In this document: positions 37,258 through 47,980 of the stretch, piece after piece
How positions within the stretch are numbered: position 1 is the stretch's first letter
Layout: every line of letters begins with the position of its first letter
DNA from: Oceanispirochaeta sp.
Lineage (GTDB): Bacteria; Spirochaetota; Spirochaetia; DSM-2461
Direction of reading: 5' to 3'
DNA: 64,000 bases
Assembly (NCBI GenBank): GCA_963663385.2
Contig: CAXXXD010000001.1
Coordinates: forward strand, 448,001-512,000
Notes under the pieces: generated by a model
The model's input: only the letters and a program-made list of their open reading frames with translations
Told to the model about the DNA's origin: nothing
Databases searched by the model: none
Translations under genes and position numbers: made by a program

Positions 37258-38111
37258 TACTTTTGTTTCTCCATCAGTTTATCAGCCTGGGCATCAAGCC
37301 GGCAGCGGTGTTCCTCATGGGTGGTGTATGATTTCTGACGCAGCATCATGTTGTCAAAATCCACCAGATGACCATCAAATTCGGGACCGTCAACACAGAC
37401 AAATTTGGTTTTTCCTCCAACAGTTACCCGGCATCCCCCACACATGCCCGTTCCGTCTACCATAATTGTATTTAATGAAACCATGGTGGGGACCTTAAAG
37501 GGACGTGTTGTTTCTGCGCAGAATTTCATCATAATGGGAGGGCCTATGGAAAATACTTCAGCCGGAGGTGTATCGCTTTCACAGAGCTCCTTGAGGGGAA
37601 CTGTTACCAGATCTTTTCTACCGTAGGAGCCGTCGTCTGTACAGACTATCAGCCGATCAGCCTGGGCTTTCATTTCATCTTCCATAATAAGAAGATCCTT
37701 GTTACGGGCTCCCATAATAACAATTACTTCATTTCCCGCTTTTTTAAGGGCCTGTACTATCGGGTACATGGGAGCAACTCCGATTCCGCCTCCTACACAG
37801 ACAACAGGTCCTTCCCTTTTTTCAATATGTGTGGGCTGACCCAGGGGGCCCAGAACAGTTTCGACTTTTTCGCCAGCTTCCAGCCGGCTCAATTTTTTTG
37901 TTGTTGCTCCGACTGCCTGAAATATTATTTCGATAAACCCTTCCTGCGCATCCGCATTGGCGATTGTGAGGGGGATCCGTTCTCCATACTCCTTATCCAC
38001 CTGCAGAATAAGGAACTGTCCGGCCTTTCTTTCTTCTGCAATTAAAGGCGCATTGATTTTCATTCGGAAAACATCTGCTGAGAGTTGTTTCTTTTCTAGA
38101 ATAGTGTTCAT
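37257..38111 (-). CDS. nfnA: NfnA/SudB small subunit (FAD/NAD-binding, 2Fe-2S)
   Basis: GERIPLTI, GPLG, VGGGIG, DDGSYG, MVDGTGMCGGCRV, CVDGPEFD; its stop overlaps the nfnB start. Confidence 0.9.
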   Translation of the reverse strand: MNTILEKKQLSADVFRMKINAPLIAEERKAGQFLILQVDKEYGERIPLTIANADAQEGFIEIIFQAVGATTKKLSRLEAGEKVETVLGPLGQPTHIEKREGPVVCVGGGIGVAPMYPIVQALKKAGNEVIVIMGARNKDLLIMEDEMKAQADRLIVCTDDGSYGRKDLVTVPLKELCESDTPPAEVFSIGPPIMMKFCAETTRPFKVPTMVSLNTIMVDGTGMCGGCRVTVGGKTKFVCVDGPEFDGHLVDFDNMMLRQKSYTTHEEHRCRLDAQADKLMEKQK

Positions 38112-38323
38112 TTGGATCTCCAATATTTATAATAACTGAGATGCCTTTACAGGACAATTCTCTATAAAACAATCAATTTCTGAGATAGGTTCTGGATATT
38201 CTAATACTTTGAGCATGACTAATTTACCTTTTTTTAGGTAGAAAAGCAAATTTTTTAAAATCATCAGTTTATATAATGTGAATTATATTTCAATAAACCT
38301 GATTATGCGGCAGAAACGAGCTG

Positions 38324-38758
38324 TTAAACGTATTTGTTAAAGCTTTTAAGCATCAGAAAGCTTTCAGTTGATGTGACATTCTCAACGGCTGGAAGCTCTT
38401 CTGTCAGGAATCGGACCAGCCCATGGTTTGAGTCGATCAGAACCTGTATAAAGAGATCATAACGGCCCGTGGTAATGGATACATCCAGAACGTTGGGCAG
38501 GTCAGCTATCTCCTTTGCTTTGGACTCCAGGAGAGATGATTCCGATACGTTTACAGCAACTGTGGCTAACTGTTGATTTTCCAGGACTTCAGGGTTTATC
38601 AGAGCTCTGATCTTGACGATCCCGGCATCTTTCAAGCGTTTTAATCTTTGCCGGACTGTCCCCTCGGAAATGCCCAGAAGCCTTGCTATGGCATTGTTGT
38701 TCTGATGAGATTCCCTCAGGGTATTGATTATTTTCCAGTCTATTTCATCGGGTTGCAC
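38324..38758 (-). CDS. Lrp/AsnC-family transcriptional regulator (AldR-like)
   Basis: DEIDWKII...IARLLGISEGTVRQRLKRL..GIV, TTGRYDL; overlaps the 3' end of ald. Confidence 0.9.
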   Translation of the reverse strand: MQPDEIDWKIINTLRESHQNNNAIARLLGISEGTVRQRLKRLKDAGIVKIRALINPEVLENQQLATVAVNVSESSLLESKAKEIADLPNVLDVSITTGRYDLFIQVLIDSNHGLVRFLTEELPAVENVTSTESFLMLKSFNKYV

Positions 38759-39867
38759 GGTATACTTTCCTCAATTGGAGTATACGGAAAATCCCATGCT
38801 TGGGCAACTCTCTCGCATGTCAGATGGCCGTTGTATGTATTAACTCCTTTCATTAGGGCAGAACTGCGGCAGACAGCTTCTTCTACACCAAGGTCCGCCA
38901 GCATCAGTCCATATTTCAATGTGGCTCCTGTGAGGGCCTGGGTGGATGTCAGGGCAACGGCTCCCGGCATATTGGCAACACAGTAGTGAACGATCCCATC
39001 TATGATGAAGACGGGATTATCGTGGGTTGTTGCTCTGGTTGTTTCAAAGCATCCCCCCTGATCAACCGCAACATCAACAATGACAGCTCCGGATTTCATC
39101 TCTTTCAGGTCCGTTTTGCTTATAAGATGGGGCGCTTTTGCGCCGGGTATCAGTACCGCACCGATTACAAGGTCGCTCTCTCTGATTACTTTGTGGATAT
39201 TCTCTTCCGTACTATACAGAGTCGTTACCTGGCCATGGAAAATATCATCCAGGTAAGCTAGGCGTTCAGCATTTATGTCAAGAATCGTTACTTCGGCTCC
39301 AAGGCCGACAGCCATCTTTGCAGCATTTGTGCCTACCACACCTCCCCCGAGAACGGCAACCCTGCCGCGATGGACACCGGGAACTCCGCCCAGAAGAACT
39401 CCTCTGCCTCCCTGAGGCCTTTCCAGAAACCGTGCTCCCTCCTGAACGGAAAGGCGGCCGGCAATTTCACTCATGGGGTTGAGACAGGGAAGTTTTCCAT
39501 GTTCTTCAATGGTTTCATAAGCGACGGCTTTTACTTTTTTCCTCATAAGAGCTTCGGTTTGAGCCTTGTCCGCGGCCAGATGCAGATAGGTAAAGAGGAT
39601 CTGCCCTTCATGAAAAAGATCATATTCGGAAGGTTGAGGCTCTTTTACCTTTATAACCATTTCCGCTCTGTCAAAGAGCTCTTTCTTATTGTCTACAATC
39701 TCTCCTCCGGCTTTTCTGTACTCCTCATCAGGGTATCCGGAAGAGGCTCCGGCATTTTTTTCAACCAGAACGGTGTGACCTCTTTTTGAATAGGCTTTGA
39801 CATTATCCGGAGTCAAACCTACACGGTACTCATGAGTTTTAATTTCTTTTGCTACTGCAATAATCAT
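38740..39867 (-). CDS. ald: Alanine dehydrogenase
   Basis: [65 protein letters not shown] 39867 after AAGGAG. Confidence 0.97.
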   Translation of the reverse strand: MIIAVAKEIKTHEYRVGLTPDNVKAYSKRGHTVLVEKNAGASSGYPDEEYRKAGGEIVDNKKELFDRAEMVIKVKEPQPSEYDLFHEGQILFTYLHLAADKAQTEALMRKKVKAVAYETIEEHGKLPCLNPMSEIAGRLSVQEGARFLERPQGGRGVLLGGVPGVHRGRVAVLGGGVVGTNAAKMAVGLGAEVTILDINAERLAYLDDIFHGQVTTLYSTEENIHKVIRESDLVIGAVLIPGAKAPHLISKTDLKEMKSGAVIVDVAVDQGGCFETTRATTHDNPVFIIDGIVHYCVANMPGAVALTSTQALTGATLKYGLMLADLGVEEAVCRSSALMKGVNTYNGHLTCERVAQAWDFPYTPIEESIPCNPMK

Positions 39868-40009
39868 ACGAATCTCCTTTCGGGGACAATTTCTGGTTAG
39901 TGTTATCATGCTGGTATAATAAATCATAAAACGAAAATCGTAATATAACAAATAAAAAAGACGTAAAACGAATTCGGGAAGGGTTTAAAGGATTTTGTAC
40001 TTTAATAAG

Positions 40010-40044
40010 AAAAAGCCCCTGCGATTAGTATAAATGCAGGGGCT
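40010..40044 (-). terminator. Intrinsic terminator after the activase gene
   Basis: Minus strand AGCCCCTGC...GCAGGGGCT-TTTT. Confidence 0.8.
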
Positions 40045-40080
40045 GTAAATTGTTTCTATCAGGAAAACTCCGGAAGGCTG

Positions 40081-43000
40081 TCAGTCTCCGGCAACCATAA
40101 CCTCTTCTTCTTCAACTGGAGTGCTATGGTCGGATTCAATCAGATCCATGGAATCGGGATCGGATTTGAAGCGGAGTACATTCATCATAAAAATATTTAA
40201 TTTATTGATTATATTGGGAGGCAGCTGGTTGCCGTCTACCTCAATGGACATGGCTGGGTACTTCCTCTCTCTTGCCCAGGGTGTATACAGACCTTCGATT
40301 ACCCGGCCGATCAAACAGGCAAAGGGGGAAATGTTAATGACTCCCGAGTAACCCTCCTCCATGGCAGTAGCGGCCACACCGCTTGAAATGGCAATTTCAG
40401 AATTCAATTCCAGATTCAGAAAATTATCTGTTGTATTCTTCATTATCCTGTTCATATCATGGGGAGTATGGGGAATCAGGTCCGCATGACGGAGGCATTT
40501 TTTCACCTTACGTTCAATAGCATGCTTCCAGGCTTTTTCTATAGAGAGTTTTAAAAGGTCCCGCCTTTCTCTGCAGGTTGCCCGTTTATGCCAGGGCTGG
40601 AGTTTCAGTCTCTTGTTCAGATCGTAGTCCCTGACAAAATCCAGATAGTGTATCCACTCGGAAATTCCGGAAACTTTGGCAATGATGTTTTTACGGCTCA
40701 TCAGTTCCACCAGTTCATCAACCGCAAAATCATCCCGTCTCACATAGATCTCTCCCACGATCAGAACCCGTGGCACTTCGTGAATTGTCTTCTTCAGAGG
40801 GATTTTCGCAATTTCTTTAGCCACCTTTTCCAGAGCCGGATAGACGGTTTTAAAGTCCTTCTCTGCTGCGCTTGTCATTTCATGCCACAGTTCATTATAT
40901 TTCGCAATCGCCTCAGCCGGTTTCTCTGCACAGGCTCGCAGGGAGGTTTGTATATCCTTCATATAATCGGAAATAACAAGTCCCTGCCACATGTATTTAC
41001 TGAAGTTGGGACCCAGTTCCGTATAGGAGTTGTCGGCGCTCATGGTAATAACAACCACATTTTCCAGCCGCATATCCTTGAATAAGTTCTCGTAAAAGAC
41101 AAAGTACTGCCCCGTCCGGCAGGGGCCGGTTGTTATGGGTACGAAAAGAAGGTAGATCTCATCTTTTCTGTAATCCGGTGAATTGATGAATTTCAAAGCG
41201 CTTCCCAGTACCAGGTGGCTGGGAACACACTCCTTGCCGGAAGCGTGGCTTCTGGCAAGCTGCAGGGTTTTGGAATCGGCTTCCGGCATGGCTTCCGCAT
41301 TGTATCCGGAGGAACGGACGATGGACGCCATCATTTCTGTGGCCAGGTTACCCATATTGGAGAGCAGCATTTTTACACGGGGATTATTCCTGAACGGTAT
41401 TTTTTCTCCGGTGCTGGTATTCAATATATGAAGGTCTTCTTCTCCGTTATTAATAAACCGGAGGCCGTTGTCATAACGTTCCTCCTTTCCCCTGTCTTTT
41501 CGGGATCTGTACCCGTCAATAATATCGAGGAAGGCCTCGATCCGGGTATCCACTCCCGCGTCAGCTGAGTGAGAATCCAGCTCCAGAATCAGGAACGGTT
41601 TGGTTTCCATCATCCATTTCAGGTAATGGAGGATAAAAGAGTCCGGGGCACAGGAGAAGTTCGTTATATAGGTTACATAGATATTCGGCTCATCCTTCAG
41701 CATGGCTGCGGCTTTCATATCCAGCTGACCGTAATACCAGTACATATTGGAGAAAATCTTCTCCTCTCCAACAGGCAGTATATCGAAGGGGATAATGGAG
41801 TATCCCCGGCTGCTGAATTTCCGGGGAATACCCATATTGGCTTCCGGAGTAAACGCATTATAGGGTCTTCCAAGCAGAGCGATTACGGGATGATTAACCT
41901 CTCTGGCCTTGGCCAGGGCCTCTTTTCCAAGGTTTCTGGCTGCTTTCTGATAGGATTCCTGTTTGGAGAGTGCTTTTCTGAATGCCTTTTTGACATCGTC
42001 TTCAGACAGAGAAAGCTGTTCTCCCAGTTTAAGAAAGTATTCAAGGGCTTTTCCTTCTCCGAATTTAAAAGTAACGATCAGGGGCAGGAGTTTTTCTTCG
42101 GGGACATCGGGGAAGGCCTTCTGTATGTAGTAGGGCAGGCTCTGTGTAATGGGGCAGAAGTTGGCATGAACATCCTTTTCCATACTGGGCATGTCTCTGA
42201 AGTGCGGAACAAAGATATAGTCGGTTTTTTTATTGATTATGTCCTGTACCGCACCATGGGCAATTTCCGCCGGGAAACAGTAGGCACTCTCTACACGGGC
42301 TACTCCGTTGTGATCAATTTCATCGGAAAGAACGGTTTTTATACCCAATTCATGAAAGAACCAGGAGTAGAGGGGGTAGAGAGTGTGTACGGAGAAACAC
42401 TTGGGGATTCCAACAGAAAAGGGATGTTTCTGGGAGAAATCCTCGGCTTTCGGGGCATGGGTTTCAAACATCAGCTTATTCCGTTCGTCAATGTAATTAA
42501 CGACTTCCCCTTCGGGTTTAGTCTTATTGCTTGAGTTTGTATATTTGCTGCATCGTCCTCCGAACATATATCTATGTTCATTTACATTCAGTACCTGAAT
42601 GGGACAGTAGTTATCACAGCTCTTGCAGGTAAATACCTTGCCGTACTCAATCTGAGTATCCAGAACAGCTTCCAGATCAAAATTCCCCCGGTCCAGGAGT
42701 TCTTCCCGGTACTTCTGTCTGGCAAGAATACCAACTCCGAAACAGCCCATCAGTTCCGGTGCAGGGGGGACGAGAATTTCCTTATCCAGAAGCATGGCAA
42801 AAGCGAGGGGGACAGCCTTGTTTTTTGCCACACCACCCTGCAGGAAGATTTTCTTTCCGATTGTTCTGTTTCCAACAACGCGGTTCAGATAATTTGAAAC
42901 GATGGATGTTACGATTCCGGCAGTTATATCCTCCCTTCTGGCTCCCTGCTGAATGGCTTTACGGATATCGGAATTGATGAAGGCAGAACAGTGCTCGCCG

Positions 43001-44397
43001 AATTTCAGGGGATTATCTGCCTTCAGGGCAATCTCTCCGATCTCCCAGGCATGGGCAATATTTAAATCACCAGCTGCCGATTCTTCCAGAAAGGACCCTG
43101 TTCCGGCAGAGCAGGCTTCATTCATGGCGTAATCTATGGGAACTCTGTTTTCCAGGAGAACATACTTGGCATCCTGTCCGCCTATTTCGAAGATAGTGTC
43201 TACATCCTGGCTGAAAAAAGTTGTTCCGTGGGAGTGGGCGATGATTTCGTTGTATACCCCTGCGGTTTCCATGAATACACCAAGGATCTCACGGGAAGAT
43301 CCCGTTGTTGCACAGAGGGGAATCTTGATGGATGATTCGCTTCCGATATCCTTATGAATTTTTTTCCGCAGCTCAATTATACAGTTCTTAAGGGCTCTTA
43401 CAGGGTCTCCGTGTGTCCGACCGTAGTGCGCGGCTACAATTTCACTGTTCTCCATGTCGATGAGACAGGCTTTTGTTGTAGTGGAACCGCCGTCGATACC
43501 CAGGATATACTCGTGACCTTCTTTGACGGAGGCGAATTCCGTTTCCAGATAACGGACTTTTTCAGCTGCTGTTTTAAGATCTGTATAACGGTCAAAGCGT
43601 ATCCGGCTTTCTTTCAGGATGTTCTCTGTTTTCGGCAGGGGTGAACCTGCCTCTTCGGCCAGGTGAGCGGCTCCGAACGCTTCGAAGTAAGCTGCTTCTT
43701 CGGGAATAATATACTCGATATGGGGTGTCTTCTCTTTCATAAAACGGAGGATATGCTTATTCCTTGTAATCCCGCCGGTGAGCAATACAGATCCTTTCTT
43801 GATCCTTGCCCTGCTGAGAAAGTCGGCTACCTTGGTAGCCATAACATCGCTGAGGGAAAGAACAATATCGTCCTTTGTCGCCTGTTTTTTATTGAGCCTG
43901 TGGGTACAGTCGCTCTTCATAAATACGGAACAGCGGGAGGAAAGAGAGATAACCTGACTCTCTTCGGAAACGGTATTGACATTGTCCAGGGTCATATCCA
44001 TTCGGGCCAGCTGCTGTTTGAAGAACTCTCCTGTACCGGAAGCACATTTACTGCCGGAAAAGTTGTTGATGATCTTGCTGTCTTTATCAATCGTGTAAAC
44101 AACCAGATCCTCTCCGCCCATACTTACAACGGCATCCACTTTATGGCCTGTTACTTCCAGGGCTTTTTCGATACAGACTGGTTCTATAACAGAATTGGTG
44201 GCCAGAAGATAACGACCGTCAGTTCCTGTTGTCAGAGCTGAAATACCCTCTTCCGGGTTCTTCTCGTCCAATACATTTATAATGGCATTCTGAAAATCTC
44301 CCTCATGGGGGACTACCTTGTTCCAGACCTCTTTGCCATTCTCGATCAGAACAGTTTTCAGACTGGAGCTGCCTATGTTTATACCGATACATTTCAT
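40081..44397 (-). CDS. Acyl-CoA dehydratase activase-related fusion protein (two ASKHA/BcrAD-BadFG domains plus a DUF2229-like region)
   Basis: GINIGSSSLK..KCASGTG..RCSVF; GIDGGSTTTK..EIGGQDAK..CSAGTGSFLEE; C-terminal CFPAEIAHG, NFSCAPDSF, GPCRTGQY, SPFACL. Confidence 0.88.
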   Translation of the reverse strand: MKCIGINIGSSSLKTVLIENGKEVWNKVVPHEGDFQNAIINVLDEKNPEEGISALTTGTDGRYLLATNSVIEPVCIEKALEVTGHKVDAVVSMGGEDLVVYTIDKDSKIINNFSGSKCASGTGEFFKQQLARMDMTLDNVNTVSEESQVISLSSRCSVFMKSDCTHRLNKKQATKDDIVLSLSDVMATKVADFLSRARIKKGSVLLTGGITRNKHILRFMKEKTPHIEYIIPEEAAYFEAFGAAHLAEEAGSPLPKTENILKESRIRFDRYTDLKTAAEKVRYLETEFASVKEGHEYILGIDGGSTTTKACLIDMENSEIVAAHYGRTHGDPVRALKNCIIELRKKIHKDIGSESSIKIPLCATTGSSREILGVFMETAGVYNEIIAHSHGTTFFSQDVDTIFEIGGQDAKYVLLENRVPIDYAMNEACSAGTGSFLEESAAGDLNIAHAWEIGEIALKADNPLKFGEHCSAFINSDIRKAIQQGARREDITAGIVTSIVSNYLNRVVGNRTIGKKIFLQGGVAKNKAVPLAFAMLLDKEILVPPAPELMGCFGVGILARQKYREELLDRGNFDLEAVLDTQIEYGKVFTCKSCDNYCPIQVLNVNEHRYMFGGRCSKYTNSSNKTKPEGEVVNYIDERNKLMFETHAPKAEDFSQKHPFSVGIPKCFSVHTLYPLYSWFFHELGIKTVLSDEIDHNGVARVESAYCFPAEIAHGAVQDIINKKTDYIFVPHFRDMPSMEKDVHANFCPITQSLPYYIQKAFPDVPEEKLLPLIVTFKFGEGKALEYFLKLGEQLSLSEDDVKKAFRKALSKQESYQKAARNLGKEALAKAREVNHPVIALLGRPYNAFTPEANMGIPRKFSSRGYSIIPFDILPVGEEKIFSNMYWYYGQLDMKAAAMLKDEPNIYVTYITNFSCAPDSFILHYLKWMMETKPFLILELDSHSADAGVDTRIEAFLDIIDGYRSRKDRGKEERYDNGLRFINNGEEDLHILNTSTGEKIPFRNNPRVKMLLSNMGNLATEMMASIVRSSGYNAEAMPEADSKTLQLARSHASGKECVPSHLVLGSALKFINSPDYRKDEIYLLFVPITTGPCRTGQYFVFYENLFKDMRLENVVVITMSADNSYTELGPNFSKYMWQGLVISDYMKDIQTSLRACAEKPAEAIAKYNELWHEMTSAAEKDFKTVYPALEKVAKEIAKIPLKKTIHEVPRVLIVGEIYVRRDDFAVDELVELMSRKNIIAKVSGISEWIHYLDFVRDYDLNKRLKLQPWHKRATCRERRDLLKLSIEKAWKHAIERKVKKCLRHADLIPHTPHDMNRIMKNTTDNFLNLELNSEIAISSGVAATAMEEGYSGVINISPFACLIGRVIEGLYTPWARERKYPAMSIEVDGNQLPPNIINKLNIFMMNVLRFKSDPDSMDLIESDHSTPVEEEEVMVAGD

Positions 44398-44633
44398 ATT
44401 ACGACCCTCGTTCTCGATGAAAGATTCTTCCCGGAAAGAGATCTCCGGTAATGATGACAAAATTGATATGTTTGTCTTTTTCCTTTTGAATCAATGTTAT
44501 TATTGTGAAACTTTCCTGTTTTGTCTATGTTCTGAACCGGTGTTTTCTCTGTTATTCGATCCCTTTTTTTTTTTCGTTTTCCTGAACTCTCCAGCCTTGC
44601 TTTTCCCGGCATTCTCTGAAAAAATCCTTAGCC

Positions 44634-45686
44634 ATGAAGATTGCCTTACTATTATCAGGAGGAGTGGACAGTTCTGTTGCTCTCCGTCTCCTGCAGGAAC
44701 AGGGATATTCCGATATAACAGCCTATTATCTTAAAATATGGCTGGAAGATGAATTGAGTTTTCTGGGGGATTGCCCCTGGGAGGAGGATCTGGCCTATGC
44801 AAGGGCTGTCTGCGAGCAGGCGGAGGTTCCTCTCAAGGTTCTCTCTCTGCAGCAGGACTATTATGAACGGGTTGTTTCCTACACGGTTGATGAGCTGAAA
44901 AAAGGCCGGACACCCAGTCCCGACATCTTCTGCAACCAGAGAATTAAATTCGGAGCTTTTTACGACAAAGTGAATGAACAGTACGATAAGGTCGCTACCG
45001 GCCATTACGGTCTGGTAGAGGAGATTGACGGTTTATACTATCTTAGACGATCCCCCGATCCGGTAAAGGATCAGTCCTACTTTCTTTCTCACCTCTCCCA
45101 GAAACAGATTTCAAAGATTCTCTTTCCCATCGGAGGAATGATGAAGGAAGAGGTCCGGGCTCTGGCAGAGAAGTATGATCTGCCCAATAAAGACAGAAAG
45201 GACAGTCAGGGGATCTGCTTCCTCGGGAAAATTAAATACACGGATTTCATCAAACACTATCTGGGTGAAAAAGAGGGCGAAATACGGGAGAAAGAGACGG
45301 AGACTGTACTTGGAACTCATAAGGGATTCTGGTTTTATACAATAGGCCAGAGGCAGGGGCTCGGGTTGAGTAACGGCCCCTGGTATGTTACCGGGAAAGA
45401 TCTTGAAAAAAATATCATCTATGTTTCTTCCAGTATGAATGTGCTGGATCAGAAAAGGGATAAATTTACAGTTTGTGAACCTAACTGGATCTCCAGGAAA
45501 CCTTCCGTAACAGAATTGACTCTAAAACTGAGGCATGGTCCCAGACTCAATAACTGCACTATTAAGTGGCTGAGTCCCGACCGTCTGGAAGTTATTATGG
45601 ACGAAGGTGACAAAGGCGTCGCGCCGGGTCAGTTTGCCGTTTTTTATGAGGGTGATATATGCCTCGGCGGCGCTCGAATTGAATAG
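44634..45686 (+). CDS. mnmA: tRNA-specific 2-thiouridylase
   Basis: SGGVDSSV, TPSPDIFCN, ATGHY, KDQSYFL, DSQGICF, TIGQRQGLG, APGQFAVFY. Confidence 0.97.
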   Translation: MKIALLLSGGVDSSVALRLLQEQGYSDITAYYLKIWLEDELSFLGDCPWEEDLAYARAVCEQAEVPLKVLSLQQDYYERVVSYTVDELKKGRTPSPDIFCNQRIKFGAFYDKVNEQYDKVATGHYGLVEEIDGLYYLRRSPDPVKDQSYFLSHLSQKQISKILFPIGGMMKEEVRALAEKYDLPNKDRKDSQGICFLGKIKYTDFIKHYLGEKEGEIREKETETVLGTHKGFWFYTIGQRQGLGLSNGPWYVTGKDLEKNIIYVSSSMNVLDQKRDKFTVCEPNWISRKPSVTELTLKLRHGPRLNNCTIKWLSPDRLEVIMDEGDKGVAPGQFAVFYEGDICLGGARIE

Positions 45687-45691
45687 TTCTT

Positions 45692-46492
45692 TTAATTAAA
45701 ATCGGTTTGGCGGGCTATATCCCGAACAAGCTCTGCATTATCCGAGAAGATTCCGTCTATACCGGCTTTAAAGAGCCGTTTCATTTCGTCAGCCTCGTTT
45801 ACAGTCCAGATCTGGAGTATGAGGTTTCTCTTTTTGCACCAGCGTATAAAAGCGGGAGTGAGGATCTTCATGCCGTTATGGTATTCGGGTATTTGAATGG
45901 CCCGAACCTTTCCTTTTCTAATCACATCGAGATTCCCTCCTATCCGGTAATAGACCATGAGTTTTCTCAGTTCCAGTTTTGAAAGGGACGTTTCCGTTTC
46001 AGGAAGGATCCCTCTGAAAACCTTAAGAACATTGTGATGGAAAGATCCGATGCAGACCCGATGTTCCGCCTTTTCTGTTTCCAGAATTTTTTTCATCATA
46101 TAGGCCAGTTCGGGGATGTCCTCTTTGAGATCTACATTGAAGCGTGTCTCGGGGAATTTTCTTAGGGCATCCTGAAACAGAAAGGGGTGTATTCCTTTTC
46201 CCCTGAAGGGAAATGTTTTTCCGTCATCCCGTGTAAATCGGGCTCCCGCATCGACAGCCATCAGTTCGTCAGCTGTCAAATTGCGAATCTTCCGGGGATC
46301 TCCGGATACCCTTTCAAGGCTGTCATCGTGCCAGATGATGACCTTTTTATCGGCTGTGAGATGGACGTCCGTTTCAACCACATCCACTCCCAGTTTGACA
46401 GCTGCCTGAAAAGCCGGTTCAGTATTTTCGGGGTAGTTCCGACTGTCTCCCCTGTGAGCCAGGGAACGGGGTATGGGATCAAAGAAACTCAT
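45692..46492 (-). CDS. Glycerophosphodiester phosphodiesterase
   Basis: AHRG, PENT, ETDVHLTAD, HDDSLER, WTVN, GIDGIFSD. Confidence 0.92.
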   Translation of the reverse strand: MSFFDPIPRSLAHRGDSRNYPENTEPAFQAAVKLGVDVVETDVHLTADKKVIIWHDDSLERVSGDPRKIRNLTADELMAVDAGARFTRDDGKTFPFRGKGIHPFLFQDALRKFPETRFNVDLKEDIPELAYMMKKILETEKAEHRVCIGSFHHNVLKVFRGILPETETSLSKLELRKLMVYYRIGGNLDVIRKGKVRAIQIPEYHNGMKILTPAFIRWCKKRNLILQIWTVNEADEMKRLFKAGIDGIFSDNAELVRDIARQTDFN

Positions 46493-47655
46493 CAGTAACA
46501 GTTTTCCAGAATCTCAAGAATTTCAGCATCGGAAAACGTATAGGGATTGTTCTTGTTTCCCGACAGTACAGCCGCCTTCTTTAAATCAGTCTTCTTGATG
46601 CCATACTCTTTTAAGGGAGGAAGTTTGGCCTGATCTGCCCAGATATCCAGTTGACTGATCAGGGCCAGAATGCTTTCCTCCAGAGATAGATCTGTGTTTC
46701 TTTTCAGATAGCGTCCCAAATCTGCAGCTTTCATCAGGGAAGGATGGGACGGGTTACGGTCCAGTAGGACACTCAGGGTCTGACGCATAACAGGAGGCAT
46801 CAGGAGACCGCAGGCCGATCCATGAGGGATGGGGAACAGCCCTCCCAGTACACCGGCGATTCCATGAACCGTTCCAAGTCCGGCATTGGCCAGGGTTAAT
46901 CCGGAAAGCGCTGCTCCCAGAGCAATATCGGCCCGTTCTGTTTTTGCTGCCTGTCCATCAAGGATCGCTGAGAAAGAGCGTAAGAAGGATTCCAGTCCGC
47001 TGCGGGCCAGGCAGTCCGTCAGGGGAGATGCCTGGGTTGACAGGTAGGATTCAAGGAGTTGGCTGAATGCATCCATCCCGCAGGATGCTCCGATTTGAGC
47101 CGGCAGTGACTCTGTCCAGTCCGGATCGATAATTGCCACATCGGGAATGTAGTTATCATGACGCAGGGATTTTTTAAACCCCTCAGGTCCGGGACTGCTT
47201 ATAACGGCGTTTTTTGTGCATTCGCTTCCCGTTCCGGAAGTGGTAGGCAGGGCATAGAAGGGGATCTTTTCTCCGGATGGATCCTTTGTTCCGATACCTT
47301 CCAGGTAATCAATAACGGAACCTTCTTCGCACAGCATGGCAGATACGGCTTTTCCCGCATCCAGAACACTCCCGCCGCCCAGAGCAAGAACTGTAGATAT
47401 GGTACAATTCCGGTAGGTATCCGTTATTCTGTCAATGATTTCAGGAGAAGGTTCTCCTTTCACAGTTTCAAAGCTTACTTGAATATCCGCATCTTTTAAT
47501 GCTTTACACAGGGATTCAAATAGGGGTGTTTCCTTTACAGAGTGACCTGTTAGAAATAGGACATTTTCTCCGGAGGTGAGCAGTGTTGTCAAAACAGATG
47601 ATTTGCCGCTTCCGAAGAGTATTTTTTTATTGGCGGCAAAGGTAAAATCTACCAT
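46492..47655 (-). CDS. Iron-containing alcohol dehydrogenase
   Basis: GGGSVLDAGKA, PTTSGTGSE, DAFSQLLES, GTVHG, PHG; likely start ATG 47655. Confidence 0.92.
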   Translation of the reverse strand: MVDFTFAANKKILFGSGKSSVLTTLLTSGENVLFLTGHSVKETPLFESLCKALKDADIQVSFETVKGEPSPEIIDRITDTYRNCTISTVLALGGGSVLDAGKAVSAMLCEEGSVIDYLEGIGTKDPSGEKIPFYALPTTSGTGSECTKNAVISSPGPEGFKKSLRHDNYIPDVAIIDPDWTESLPAQIGASCGMDAFSQLLESYLSTQASPLTDCLARSGLESFLRSFSAILDGQAAKTERADIALGAALSGLTLANAGLGTVHGIAGVLGGLFPIPHGSACGLLMPPVMRQTLSVLLDRNPSHPSLMKAADLGRYLKRNTDLSLEESILALISQLDIWADQAKLPPLKEYGIKKTDLKKAAVLSGNKNNPYTFSDAEILEILENCY

Positions 47656-47957
47656 TCTGAAGGGTCCTCCGGAAAATGGGGGGTATGACATGTTCCCTTT
47701 CGGGGAACCGCCATCCAGGGGGCTACTGTATCCCGCCATTTTAAGTAATGAGCCGTTTGTTTATGGGTTTTTACCGCGTCTTCGGATGAATAGACTTCGT
47801 ATAGAAAAAACCGGGAAGGATCGTCCTGCTGCTGCAGCACATCAAAGCGCAGGTTTCCTTCTTCCTTTCGTGTATTCCTGTGATTCTCTTCGGTTGCATT
47901 AAGAAAATCATTTTCATGACCTTTTACAACGCTTACTTCAACACAATATACCAGCAT
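47649..47957 (-). CDS. LsrG-like antibiotic-biosynthesis-monooxygenase (ABM) family protein
   Basis: EEGNLRFDVLQ, FFLYEVY, HKQTAHYLKWRDTVAPWM. Confidence 0.88.
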   Translation of the reverse strand: MLVYCVEVSVVKGHENDFLNATEENHRNTRKEEGNLRFDVLQQQDDPSRFFLYEVYSSEDAVKTHKQTAHYLKWRDTVAPWMAVPRKGTCHTPHFPEDPSEW

Positions 47958-47980
47958 GCTATTTCTCCTTTGAATGTGTT

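Noticed and set aside
38276..38293. Rex-like box (ATGTGAA-ttat-ATTTCAA) upstream of nfnA
   Set aside because: It has four mismatches to TTGTGAA-N4-TTCACAA in AT-rich DNA. It is biologically plausible but not supportable from the sequence alone.
44564..44575. Poly-T tract between the activase gene and mnmA as a phase-variation switch
   Set aside because: It is intergenic and not clearly within a promoter spacer, and there is no evidence of length variation.
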